DNA of 64,000 bases, from contig CAZMLK010000001.1 of the NCBI GenBank assembly GCA_964567265.1, positions 331,723-395,722 of the forward strand, written 5' to 3'. The stretch is from an uncultured Candidatus Saccharibacteria bacterium. Lineage in GTDB: Bacteria; Patescibacteriota; Minisyncoccia; Phycocordibacterales; UBA12088. This document shows, piece after piece, positions 7,783 through 19,559 of this stretch (the stretch's first letter is position 1; each line of letters starts with the position of its first letter). The notes under the pieces were generated by a model, which was given only the letters and a program-made list of their open reading frames with translations, searched no databases and was not told where the DNA came from. The translations under genes were made by a program, and so were the position numbers.

Positions 7783-9357
7783 ATGTCACACACCACACTC
7801 ATCGAGCGGCTCAAGAAGGAAATCGACGGTTTCGTCCCGGACGGAGCGTCCGAGAATGTTGGTCGTGTCACCGCGGTCGGCGACGGGATCGCGGAAATCA
7901 GCGGTCTTTCGAATGCGGTCATGTCCGAAATGATCATCTTCGATGATTCGAGCGATAAGTCTCTTGCAGAGGCGACGAACGCGAGCGATCCGATCTACGG
8001 ACTTATTTTGAATCTTGAAGAAGACGTCGTCCGCGCCGTCATCCTTGGAGAGACGCGCCGCGTGCGCGAAGGCATGCTTGCGAAATCAACCGGCAAGGTG
8101 CTCTCGATTCCTGTTTCAGACGAGCTCCTCGGCCGTGTCGTTGACCCCTTGATGAATCCGATTGACGGCAAGGGCGCGATCAAGGCGGACAAGTGGAATC
8201 CGGTCGAGCGCGTCGCGTACGGCGTCATCGAGCGAAAGTCGGTGGATACGCCGCTTCACACCGGCATCAAGGCAATCGACGGCATGGTCCCGATCGGCCG
8301 CGGCCAGCGCGAACTCATCATCGGCGACCGCTTCACCGGAAAGACTACGATCGCGATCGATACCATCCTCAATCAGAAGAGCGAGCCGGAGGGGTCGCGC
8401 CCGATCTGTATCTATGTCGCGATCGGTCAGAAGGAATCCAAGACCGCCCAGCTCGTCGGGCTTCTCAAGGAGCGCGGCGCGATGGACTACACGATCGTGG
8501 TGTCCGCGCCGGCGTCGGCCCCAGCGGCACTCCAATTCCTTGCCCCATTCGCCGGCGCCGCTGTCGGAGAATATTTCATGCAGAAAGGGAAGGATGCGCT
8601 CATCATCTACGATGACCTCTCGAAGCACGCGATTGCGTACCGCCAGATGTCGCTCCTCCTTCGTCGCCCACCAGGACGCGAGGCATATCCGGGAGATATT
8701 TTTTACCTGCACTCACGCCTCCTCGAGCGTGCCGCGAAGCTTTCCGATGCCCTCGGCGGCGGCTCTCTGACCGCACTTCCGATCATCGAGACGCAGGAAG
8801 GTGACGTGTCCGCGTACATCGCGACCAACGTGATTTCGATCACGGACGGGCAGATTTTCCTCGTGACCGATCTTTTCAACAAAGGCATGCGCCCGGCAAT
8901 CGACGTCGGTATCTCCGTGTCGCGCGTCGGCTCAGCCGCACAGACAAAGGCGATGAAGAAGGTCGCTGGCAAGATCCGTCTCGAACTCGCGCAGTTCCGC
9001 GAACTCGAAGCATTCATGCAGTTCTCTTCCGATCTCGACGCGGGCACCAAGAAGCAGATCGACACTGGCATCCGCCTCACTGAGTCACTCCGCCAAGGCA
9101 AGAACATGCCGATCCCGTTCGAGAAGCAATCGGTGATCATCTACGCCGCAACCAAAGGATTCCTCGACACCGTCGCGGTCAAGGACGTCCTTCCTCTCGA
9201 GGAAAAGCTCTTCGCGTACCTTGAGCGTGAGCACGCGCATATCCTGAAAAACATCCGTTCGGAGAAGGCGATCTCTGATGCGACTGAGGCTGCGCTCACG
9301 GAGGCATTCGCGGGATTCAAGATCGCGCACGCTGAACTCTTCACAAGGACTCAATAA
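7783..9357 (+). CDS. atpA: F0F1 ATP synthase subunit alpha
   Basis: [18 protein letters not shown] Walker A, 524 aa, alpha-specific C-terminal region. Confidence 0.97.
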   Translation: MSHTTLIERLKKEIDGFVPDGASENVGRVTAVGDGIAEISGLSNAVMSEMIIFDDSSDKSLAEATNASDPIYGLILNLEEDVVRAVILGETRRVREGMLAKSTGKVLSIPVSDELLGRVVDPLMNPIDGKGAIKADKWNPVERVAYGVIERKSVDTPLHTGIKAIDGMVPIGRGQRELIIGDRFTGKTTIAIDTILNQKSEPEGSRPICIYVAIGQKESKTAQLVGLLKERGAMDYTIVVSAPASAPAALQFLAPFAGAAVGEYFMQKGKDALIIYDDLSKHAIAYRQMSLLLRRPPGREAYPGDIFYLHSRLLERAAKLSDALGGGSLTALPIIETQEGDVSAYIATNVISITDGQIFLVTDLFNKGMRPAIDVGISVSRVGSAAQTKAMKKVAGKIRLELAQFRELEAFMQFSSDLDAGTKKQIDTGIRLTESLRQGKNMPIPFEKQSVIIYAATKGFLDTVAVKDVLPLEEKLFAYLEREHAHILKNIRSEKAISDATEAALTEAFAGFKIAHAELFTRTQ

Positions 9358-9366
9358 TATCCAAAC

Positions 9367-10179
9367 ATGAGTATCACGCAGAAGAAATTGTTCATCACGA
9401 GCGGATGTCTCTTTGCACTCATAATTGTTGCGGGATGTTACTTGATCGTGAGCGAAGCACGAACACGCCTTCTTTCGCAAGCAGAACTTGCGCGGTTGTC
9501 TACTGCTGATGAATCGGATGCGACTGTTGACTCTAGGTATACAGAGGGCGGCGGCGTATCGCGAAATACGCCAATGATGGAAGAGTATCTCAAAAGCATA
9601 CACGCAGCATACCTAGCAGAACCGAACGGCGCCTCAAAGGTGTATGTACTCCGCGACGGAAAAATTTATTTTGTCGCAAATCAGAACGTCGCCAACGAAA
9701 GCGGATTGAAGCAAATCATAGATGCGGATGCGAAATCGTTTACTGTGCTGTATGAGGCGGGGGAACATGATGCGTATGCAAAGGATGTGCATCATGCATA
9801 TTTTTTTGACAGGACCTTGCAAGGTGTCGATGCGGCCTCGTTTGAGCCGATTGTGTATTTCGGAAAGGAAGGAAACTCAACTTTTTTCAAGGACAAGAAC
9901 TACTTGTACAAGTGGAATGACGGAAAAACTGAATTTGCGCAGGTACCGAATGCGGACCCCGCAACCTTCACTCTCATTCCAAGCACTCGCATGACAGGTA
10001 ACGGTGAAGCCAACTATGCAAAAGACAAGAATCAGTTCTATTGCCAGGGAAATGTCAGCGTAATAGATCCTGCAACTGCTGTGGTGCACCCCATTGAGGA
10101 TACGAATACGGGCGGAGTGAATGACGAATACATTACGGATAAAAACGGTCAGTACTCAGGTACCTGCGTGAAAAAATAA
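9367..10179 (+). CDS. DKNYY-like repeat protein, N-terminal membrane anchor; inserted in atp operon
   Basis: N-terminal hydrophobic helix; 4-5 repeats of (Y/F)aKDKNy.Y..g...adpATF.l (FKDKNYLYKW, AKDKNQFYCQ, ITDKNGQYSG); markedly AT-richer than flanking atp genes. Confidence 0.7.
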   Translation: MSITQKKLFITSGCLFALIIVAGCYLIVSEARTRLLSQAELARLSTADESDATVDSRYTEGGGVSRNTPMMEEYLKSIHAAYLAEPNGASKVYVLRDGKIYFVANQNVANESGLKQIIDADAKSFTVLYEAGEHDAYAKDVHHAYFFDRTLQGVDAASFEPIVYFGKEGNSTFFKDKNYLYKWNDGKTEFAQVPNADPATFTLIPSTRMTGNGEANYAKDKNQFYCQGNVSVIDPATAVVHPIEDTNTGGVNDEYITDKNGQYSGTCVKK

Positions 10180-10186
10180 ATCGTAT

Positions 10187-12524
<2,338 letters not shown>

Positions 12525-12726
12525 CAAAATGAAAGGCCTGGTCTCCTAGGGAGCACAGGCCTTGAGGCTTCAGAATGTTCTGACTTCTAATATCGATTCA
12601 GAAATGCAACTCCTACCTGGATCGCAGGGAGATATAGGAAGAACGCTTTGCCGAAATCAAACCATGTTTCCATCGCACATCCTCCGACATTTCGCTCAGT
12701 CCATACGTTAGGTTTTTTAGATACAC

Positions 12727-12966
12727 ATGTCAACATTCCATATACACATCGCATCGGTGGACGACGTCCTTTTTAGCGGCGAGGGCGAGGCCGTTACGGT
12801 GCCTGGAAGCGAGGGGGTCATGACCATCCTCGCGCATCACAGCCCGATCGTCTCTGCCCTCAAGGAGGGTACCGTCATCGTACGGGCATCTGGAGGAGAG
12901 CAGCACTTCGAGATCAAGCGGGGCGTGCTCGAAGTCTCGAACGACGCCGCGACGATCCTTCTCTAG
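12727..12966 (+). CDS. atpC: F0F1 ATP synthase subunit epsilon (beta-sandwich domain only, 79 aa)
   Basis: Operon position; SGEGEAVTVPGSEGVMTILAHHSPIVSALKEGTV pattern of epsilon N-domain; C-terminal helical hairpin absent. Confidence 0.85.
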   Translation: MSTFHIHIASVDDVLFSGEGEAVTVPGSEGVMTILAHHSPIVSALKEGTVIVRASGGEQHFEIKRGVLEVSNDAATILL

Positions 12967-13022
12967 TGGGCAAGGCGTCCCCCAGTGCGTATACTGTTCT
13001 CATATCTGCTAATTGAACATCC

Positions 13023-13661
13023 ATGTACCGAGAAGGAGCGAATTTGAATGAAGCCGAAGCAGCTGAAGGCGAACAGCTTTCAGGCATTGAAGCCGGCGAA
13101 GGTTTGGCCGAAGGAGCGGCAGAGAAACGAAAGGCTTTTACTGAAGACATGGAGGCGGTGAGCAGTATCCAGGAGCTTGCGGATGTACTCATAAAGCATG
13201 CCGATGATGAAACGGCTCTTCTCACGCTCGGCGCCGGCGAGCATGCAATGCAAGTGCCGCTCCACGAGATTTTGAGATTGGTAAATGATAAGGATTGGAT
13301 GGCACTCCGTACGAACTACCAGGATGACGCGCTTGAACAGGTACTCTTCAAGCTCCGTTTGAGCGAGGAGACGGCGTCTGACGAGCGTGAGCGAGCTCAT
13401 TTTGAGAACAATCGCGCGGCGTTCATAAGCGCCGTCCAGGGAGCGGGGAGTCTCGAAGGCGTCGCGGATGTGCTGACCCAGTTTGCAAATCCGGATACCA
13501 ACATGGTCACTCTCGGCGTCTTCGACAATGCGCGGGAAGTGCCCCTTGATGAGCTTCTCGAGATCGTCAAAGAGGGCCAGTGGTCAGCGATCGGGCGAAA
13601 GTACGGCGGCATCGACGACATGCTCGAGAACGCGATATTCAAGCTGGCTACCGCAGAGTAG
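13023..13661 (+). CDS. hypothetical protein with internal ~65-aa tandem duplication
   Basis: Two similar segments (ELADVLIKHADDETALLTLGAGEHAMQVPLHEILRLVNDKDW.. and GVADVLTQFANPDTNMVTLGVFDNAREVPLDELLEIVKEGQW..); TGcgTATACT promoter upstream. Confidence 0.6.
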   Translation: MYREGANLNEAEAAEGEQLSGIEAGEGLAEGAAEKRKAFTEDMEAVSSIQELADVLIKHADDETALLTLGAGEHAMQVPLHEILRLVNDKDWMALRTNYQDDALEQVLFKLRLSEETASDERERAHFENNRAAFISAVQGAGSLEGVADVLTQFANPDTNMVTLGVFDNAREVPLDELLEIVKEGQWSAIGRKYGGIDDMLENAIFKLATAE

Positions 13662-13680
13662 GTTCGTAAAAGATCGCACA

Positions 13681-13720
13681 AACAAACCGCCGCTCCCTTC
13701 GGGAGCGGCGGTTTGTTTTG
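13681..13720. terminator. bidirectional rho-independent terminator between convergent genes
   Basis: AACAAACCGCCGCTCCC-TTCG-GGGAGCGGCGGTTTGTT with T/A tracts both sides. Confidence 0.85.
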
Positions 13721-13730
13721 ACTCGCCGTA

Positions 13731-16700
13731 TTAGAAGTGCAGCTTGCCTGGCTTCTGGACGTAGAGGATCGGCACGAGGAGGAGCGTGATGACTGCCGCA
13801 AACGCGAGACCGAACATGATCGCGATCGCGAGCGGCGCCCAAAGGCCTCCCGCCAAGGAGAGCGGGATCATGCCGATCACGGTCGTGATGTTGGTGAGTG
13901 TGATCGGGCGGAGGCGGATCGCGGCTCCTTCGATGACCACGTCGTGGATCGGCATGTCAGGGTGCTCGAGGCGGAGCTTGTTGATCACGTCGATGAGGAG
14001 AATGGTGTGGTTCACAATGATGCCCGCGAGCGCGATGAAGCCGAGAAGCGATGGGAATGAGAGCGGAAGGCGCGTGAGCGCGAGGCCGACCATGATGCCG
14101 ATCAATGTGAGCGGCACGATCGAGAGGACATAGAGTGAATGGCGCCATGAGTTGAAGTCGAACATGAGAACCGCGAGCATGAAGATGATGCCTGCGATGA
14201 GGGCGAAGAACATTTCCATGAACGACTGGTCCACTTCCTCATTCTCGCCTCCGATCACCATGCGGACTCCGCTCTGGATCGTGAGCGTCTCACCTGCCCG
14301 CTTCTTGAATTCGGCGGTGACGTCGCGAGCGTTTGCGCCCTCGAGCAGATCGCTTCCGACAGTCGCGACGCGATCGCCTTCCTCGTGGTTGATCGCAGCG
14401 CTTGCTTTCGCGACGCGCGAGGAAAGGAGCGAGCCGAGAAGGACCGCCCCCTGCGGCGTCGGCACTTGGATGGCCTCGATGGATTCGATGCCGGTCTTCG
14501 CGGCGTCATGCGGATCCGTATAGGACGGATTGAGGTTCGCGGAGACGATCACCTCTATGTCTCCGTTCGGTGTGCGGATCGTGGTCGCCTTCGTGCCCTG
14601 GACCGCCGTCCGCAGGATCGAAGCCACTGACGCGGAGTCGATGCCGAGCTCGGCAGCCTTCGCCTTGTCGATCGAGAGGATGAATTCCGTACCGTCGTCC
14701 TTGGTGGAGGTAGTGATATTCGAAGTTCCGTCGATGCCCGCAAGGATCTTTGCTGATGCGTCTGCGAGGCGCTCCATTGCCTCGAGATCCTCACCGAGGA
14801 ATTTCACGAGGATCGGACGGCCGACGGGCGGCCCGTTCTGCGGCTCGCTGATGCGGACTTCGCTGGTGTGGATGGTCCGGAACCGCTCGCGGAGGAGTGC
14901 GGAAAGCTCTGCGCTCGTGCGATCGCGATCTTTCGCTTTCTTGAGATTGATGAAGATGTTTCCGAGCTTGCTGTCGCTGCTTGGATTATTTCCAAACTGG
15001 CTCGATGCGCCCGCAGTGATAGAGAAGGAAGAAATTTCGGGGATGTCGTAGAGTGACTCCTCGATGCGGCGAAGCTCGAGATCGGTGACCTGTACCGGCG
15101 TGCCCTGCGGCATCTCGACTTCGGTAATGAGGTAGTCTACATCCTCGCCAGGGAAGAAGATGACCTTCACGACTCCGATGATCGGGAAGAGGAGCGAAAC
15201 GAAGAAGAGGCCGATCAAGGACCATTTGATCTGCCGCATGAGGCGCGGCTTGTAGAGGATGTCGCTCATCGTCTTCCGGTACCAGGCCTGGAAGCGATCC
15301 ATATAGCGATCCTGCCAAGTCTTTGCATTCTCGCCAGAATGGCCGGTCAATGTTGAGGCGCCGATGAGTGGCACAAACACGAGCGCGACCACGAGAGAGG
15401 CGATGAGGACGAAGATGATGGTGAAGGGGATGGTGGCGATAAACTGGCCCGTGACGCCCGAGATGAAGAAGAGTGGCACGAACACGGCGACCGTCGTGAG
15501 GATTCCGGTCGTAAGCGGCGCATGATAAGTCTTCACGGCGAGAAGCGCGGCCTCGGCACGAGAATGCCCCTTCGTGATGAAGGTGTACATGCTTTCGACG
15601 ATCACGATGCCGGCATCGACGAGGATACCGACCGCAAGGATGAGCGCGAACAGGGAGACGAAGTTGATTGTGTTCCCGGACTTGTAGAGGCCGATGAACG
15701 CGAGGATGAATGAAATCGGGATCGAGGAGCTCGCGACAAGGGCTTCACGCCAGCCAACGGTGAGGAAGAGGACGAGCATCACGAGAATGACGGTCTCGAA
15801 GCCGGTGCGGGTGAGCTCGGAAAGGCTCTTCTTGAGTTCCTCTCCTGAGTTGAATACGGAAATGACGGTGATGCCATCGAGAGACTCGCCCGGCTTCTGG
15901 AGCTCTACGAGCTTCGCATCCACCGCATCAGTGATTGTCGTGATATTCCCGCCGCTTCGTTTGAATACGGAAAGGGTGAGGGAGGAATTGGAAGGCTGGC
16001 CGCCGACGGAGATGCGGGAAATGCTGGTTTCCGGCGCAAGGCCGTCATAGACATCCGCGACGTCGCGGACATACACGGCGCGGCCGTTAATCGAGGTGAT
16101 CGCGAGGTCTCGGATCTCTGAAGGGTCATTGATATCGCCCTCGAACTGGATGCCGTAGCGGACGCCATCGAGCTCGATGGCTCCGACAGGGAGGTTCGCG
16201 TTGCCGCGTGCAAGGGCGCCGATCACGTCAGTGATGCGGATGCCGTAGGATGCGAGCGCTTCCTTGCGGACCACCACCTGCGTCTCGCGATCGCGCTTGC
16301 CGCCGATCTCGACACGGGAAACGCCGGGAACGGTGATCAGCTGGTCCTTCAGATTTTCAGCAAGCGTGCCGAGCTCTTCAGGCGGCGCGTCGCTTCCGAT
16401 CGCGAACGTATAAATAGGCTGGTTGACGAAATTGACGTCGGAGACGATCGGATCGTTCGCTTCATCAGGAAGTTCGGTCTTCACCTTATCCACTTCATCC
16501 TTGAGGTCTTGGATGGATTTATCGAGGTCTGCGCTCGCGGTGAATTCGACGACGACGGTCGAAACGCTCTCACGCGAGGTCGAGGTGACATTCTTCACGT
16601 TCTCAAGGCTTCCGGAGAGCTGATCCTCCACCTTGTTGGTGATGAGGGTCTCCACATCGAGTGCGGAGGCACCCGGCAAAAATACGGAAACAACGCCGAT

Positions 16701-16832
16701 CGGAATGCGCACTTCAGGTGCGGATTCCTTCGGGATGACGATCAGCGAATACAGTCCGGCAACCGCAAGGGCGCCGAGCAGCAAGTACGTGAAATTCTGC
16801 TTTTGAATGAAGAAGCTCCAGAGTCGGTACAT
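13731..16832 (-). CDS. RND family efflux transporter permease (AcrB/HAE1-like)
   Basis: 1033 aa, 12-TM RND architecture, N-terminal ..LIVIPKESAPEVRIPIGVVSVFLPGASALDVE.. Confidence 0.9.
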   Translation of the reverse strand: MYRLWSFFIQKQNFTYLLLGALAVAGLYSLIVIPKESAPEVRIPIGVVSVFLPGASALDVETLITNKVEDQLSGSLENVKNVTSTSRESVSTVVVEFTASADLDKSIQDLKDEVDKVKTELPDEANDPIVSDVNFVNQPIYTFAIGSDAPPEELGTLAENLKDQLITVPGVSRVEIGGKRDRETQVVVRKEALASYGIRITDVIGALARGNANLPVGAIELDGVRYGIQFEGDINDPSEIRDLAITSINGRAVYVRDVADVYDGLAPETSISRISVGGQPSNSSLTLSVFKRSGGNITTITDAVDAKLVELQKPGESLDGITVISVFNSGEELKKSLSELTRTGFETVILVMLVLFLTVGWREALVASSSIPISFILAFIGLYKSGNTINFVSLFALILAVGILVDAGIVIVESMYTFITKGHSRAEAALLAVKTYHAPLTTGILTTVAVFVPLFFISGVTGQFIATIPFTIIFVLIASLVVALVFVPLIGASTLTGHSGENAKTWQDRYMDRFQAWYRKTMSDILYKPRLMRQIKWSLIGLFFVSLLFPIIGVVKVIFFPGEDVDYLITEVEMPQGTPVQVTDLELRRIEESLYDIPEISSFSITAGASSQFGNNPSSDSKLGNIFINLKKAKDRDRTSAELSALLRERFRTIHTSEVRISEPQNGPPVGRPILVKFLGEDLEAMERLADASAKILAGIDGTSNITTSTKDDGTEFILSIDKAKAAELGIDSASVASILRTAVQGTKATTIRTPNGDIEVIVSANLNPSYTDPHDAAKTGIESIEAIQVPTPQGAVLLGSLLSSRVAKASAAINHEEGDRVATVGSDLLEGANARDVTAEFKKRAGETLTIQSGVRMVIGGENEEVDQSFMEMFFALIAGIIFMLAVLMFDFNSWRHSLYVLSIVPLTLIGIMVGLALTRLPLSFPSLLGFIALAGIIVNHTILLIDVINKLRLEHPDMPIHDVVIEGAAIRLRPITLTNITTVIGMIPLSLAGGLWAPLAIAIMFGLAFAAVITLLLVPILYVQKPGKLHF

Positions 16833-16841
16833 AGGATTGTT

Positions 16842-18491
16842 TTAGTTGGCAGCAGCTCCGGCTTCGACAACGACATCACCCGGCTTGAATCCGCGTGCAT
16901 CGGTCACGATGACCATGTCCGGGGTCGCGCCGGTGAGGAGAAGGACTTTTCCTCCGACCACAGATCCGAGAGTGACGACATGCGGGACGAGGGCCATGTT
17001 CTCATCAACGGTAAAGATTGTGGTTTCCGTGGCGCCTATCTTGACTGCGGTAAGCGGAACGAAAAGTTCAGTTGAGGTTGCGTTGCCGTTCGTTGAAGCA
17101 ACTGGCGTGCCGCCTGTTCGTTCAATATCGATGCGAACCGTAGAGCCCTGCGTAAGAACTGCAGCCTTGTCGGTGACACCGACCTTGATCTCGACCTTCT
17201 TTGTCGCTGGATCAAGTCCGGGAGCGACTGAGGTGACGACGCCCGCATACTTTCCTTCGATCTGCGCCTTGGCGCCGACAACAATGGAATTCTTCTCGCG
17301 ATCGCTGACATACGCCACGATCTCGAGGCCGCCGTTCGACGAGGATACGGTCGCCGCGGGCTCGAACGAGCCGACGAATGACCCCTTCGAGAGCGTGAGC
17401 GTGTTCACTTTTCCGGAGATCGGAGTGCGGACGACGCTCTTCTCGTAGTTGGCGCGCGCGAGCGCGAGCGAGGCTTCTGCCTGCTTGAGACCGGCATCTG
17501 CGGCACGCACATCCTCGCTCTGTCCGCCCACCTGGCCCTGGGTCAGATTCTTTTCCGCGATCTCGAGAGCGCTGCGGCGATTGCTCAGATTTTCTTCCGC
17601 AGCAGTCACGGCCGAAAGATTGGCGAGGATGGTGGTGCGGCCGGTCGCGGCGCTCACTTTATATCCGGCGATGTCGCTGTCGGAAACGGTGCCGGTGGAG
17701 ATTGCACGGTTCAGCGCTGCCGCAAGGGTGTCGAAGAATGCTTTCACCGTCTGGAGCTCTGCTTCGGTCGTCTTCAGTTCCGAATCGACATTGGATGCAG
17801 ACAGCGTGCCGCGGGCTCCCGCCTCGCGCTTCATGATGCCTTCGATCTTGATGCGTGCGGCAACGAGGTTGGTCGCGAGCTGTGAATCGGAAGCGGTGAT
17901 ATTGAAACTCGGATTCGAGGAACGCGGGTTCGAGAACATCTCATCCGCCAGGCGGGTGACCGTGTCATCGATCGCGGCGTATGCCGACTGGACCGTGGTC
18001 TGCGCGCCTGTCTCAGCATTCCGAAGGGAAGACTCCGCGTTGTCGCGGCTTATCGTGAGGACCGAGAGCTGCTCGTTCCGGACGCCGCGCGTGAGCTTGT
18101 CGTACGAGGCCTGTGCCTGCGCGACGAATGCTGCAGCCTGCGCGACGCTTGCACGTTCAGACGCATTCTCGATTTCAGCGAGAACCGCTCCCGCGCCGAC
18201 CGTATCTCCGACGTGCGCATAGACGGCAGTCACTTCGCCCGACTTCTCGGTGCGGAGGATTGCCTCAGACTGCGAGTGGACCGTTCCGATGACCGGAAGG
18301 GTCGCCTTTGATGACGCAAGCGCTGCAATCGAGGAGAGAGTGACCTGACGGGTGTGCGTGTCCGCGACGGCTGCATCGTCACCATTACCTCCGAAAATGA
18401 AATACGCACCGGCTGCAAGGAGGACGATCAGCAAAAGGGCGCCGAGAACGATCCGGTTTTTCGAAGCGAAGGTCATGTTCTTGAAATTCAT
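16842..18491 (-). CDS. efflux RND periplasmic adaptor / membrane fusion protein
   Basis: N-terminal TM, biotin-lipoyl-like hairpin (AVYAHVGDTVGAGAVLAEI), long coiled coil, beta-barrel C-terminus; 9 nt upstream of RND permease. Confidence 0.85.
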   Translation of the reverse strand: MNFKNMTFASKNRIVLGALLLIVLLAAGAYFIFGGNGDDAAVADTHTRQVTLSSIAALASSKATLPVIGTVHSQSEAILRTEKSGEVTAVYAHVGDTVGAGAVLAEIENASERASVAQAAAFVAQAQASYDKLTRGVRNEQLSVLTISRDNAESSLRNAETGAQTTVQSAYAAIDDTVTRLADEMFSNPRSSNPSFNITASDSQLATNLVAARIKIEGIMKREAGARGTLSASNVDSELKTTEAELQTVKAFFDTLAAALNRAISTGTVSDSDIAGYKVSAATGRTTILANLSAVTAAEENLSNRRSALEIAEKNLTQGQVGGQSEDVRAADAGLKQAEASLALARANYEKSVVRTPISGKVNTLTLSKGSFVGSFEPAATVSSSNGGLEIVAYVSDREKNSIVVGAKAQIEGKYAGVVTSVAPGLDPATKKVEIKVGVTDKAAVLTQGSTVRIDIERTGGTPVASTNGNATSTELFVPLTAVKIGATETTIFTVDENMALVPHVVTLGSVVGGKVLLLTGATPDMVIVTDARGFKPGDVVVEAGAAAN

Positions 18492-18519
18492 ACTAAATAT
18501 GAGCGGTTAATTGCTTGCC

Positions 18520-18548
18520 AGCATACGCGTTTCGAAGCGTACGGTCAA
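18520..18548 (-). promoter_or_regulatory. sigma70-like promoter for efflux operon (TTGACC-17-TATGCT on minus strand)
   Basis: Reverse complement of 18520-18548 reads TTGACC gtacgcttcgaaacgcg TATGCT. Confidence 0.5.
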
Positions 18549-18654
18549 AAGTACAGTAATGTCGAAGTAAAACACGCATTTCATAAAAGGTCAATGATTG
18601 GTTGGCCTTTCGGACATTCTTGGCGGGGTTCTGCTGGTGCGCTACAATACGGCA

Positions 18655-18882
18655 ATGATCAAAGAATTCCTGATGAAAAAAATGCTGGAGAAGCAGCTGA
18701 AGGCGCTTCCAAAAGACCAGCAAGAGAAGATTATGAAGATGGTCACGGAGAATCCTGATCTGTTCACTAAGATCGCCAAAGAAGTCGAGCAGGAGGTGAA
18801 GAGCGGCAAGGAGCAGACCTCGGCCGCCATGCTCGTCTTCTCGCGCCACAAGGCAGAGATCCAGAAGGTGATGGGCCAGTAG
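18655..18882 (+). CDS. small helical hypothetical protein (75 aa)
   Basis: TACAAT -10 at 18643-18648 ends 6 nt before ATG (leaderless); K/E-rich helical sequence; longer ORF from 18598 unsupported. Confidence 0.5.
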   Translation: MIKEFLMKKMLEKQLKALPKDQQEKIMKMVTENPDLFTKIAKEVEQEVKSGKEQTSAAMLVFSRHKAEIQKVMGQ

Positions 18883-18960
18883 TCCCCGTACCGCCTCTCG
18901 TCCCAAAGGGCGAGAGGCGGTAGACTTATATACGAATACATTATTCGTTCATCCCACCTC

Positions 18961-19482
18961 ATGAGCCTCCTAGTGTTCTTGTTCGTACTCCAGCAGCTCG
19001 CGCTTGCGCTTGCGATCGGTTCGTCCACCTTCTCGATCATCTTCTACTACAAGTCCATCCGTGACGGGAAGATCGACTCCGAGGAGCGGAGCTTCATGTC
19101 CATCGTGTACCGCGTGCTCAGGATCGGGCTCATGCTCATCGTCATCTCCGAGCTCCTCCTTCTCGCGGTCTTCACCTCAGAGAATTCATTGTCCTCGCTT
19201 CTCACAAACGGTTTCTGGTTCCGCTGGCTCCTCCTTGGCATCATTGTCATGAATGCCGTTCTCATGGACCTCCGGAAAATGCCGATGTGGCTCGGCCCGG
19301 CGCTCGCGGGCGCGTCGTGGTACATGTACGCCATCATCACCACGCTCGCTCGCGGCGGCATCGATACCAACTTCTTTGCCTGGGCCTACTATTACGTGAT
19401 CCTCGTTGCCGCATTTGTCGGACTTCTCTCACTGGTCCAGCGCATCTACGTCGATCGAAAGCCGGCCGAAGGCCTTCTTTAA
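18961..19482 (+). CDS. membrane protein, unknown function
   Basis: 5 predicted hydrophobic helices; no family motif recognised. Confidence 0.6.
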   Translation: MSLLVFLFVLQQLALALAIGSSTFSIIFYYKSIRDGKIDSEERSFMSIVYRVLRIGLMLIVISELLLLAVFTSENSLSSLLTNGFWFRWLLLGIIVMNAVLMDLRKMPMWLGPALAGASWYMYAIITTLARGGIDTNFFAWAYYYVILVAAFVGLLSLVQRIYVDRKPAEGLL

Positions 19483-19559
19483 ATGATGATAGCCACGGGA
19501 TTAGGCGCGACTCTACGGGGCCGCGCCTAACTGCTATATCTGTGGTATGGTGAAAACCT

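Noticed and set aside
12525-12726. Small ORFs in the atpD-atpC spacer (33 aa on + strand, 28 aa on - strand)
   Set aside because: They have no ribosome-binding site or promoter, no motif, and are bisected by the hairpin. The region is treated as non-coding.
18526-18546. Apparent palindrome in the efflux promoter spacer (ACGCGTTTCGAAGCGT)
   Set aside because: On checking, only the central TTCGAA is palindromic. The flanks are direct (GCGT..GCGT), not inverted. It is not a convincing operator.
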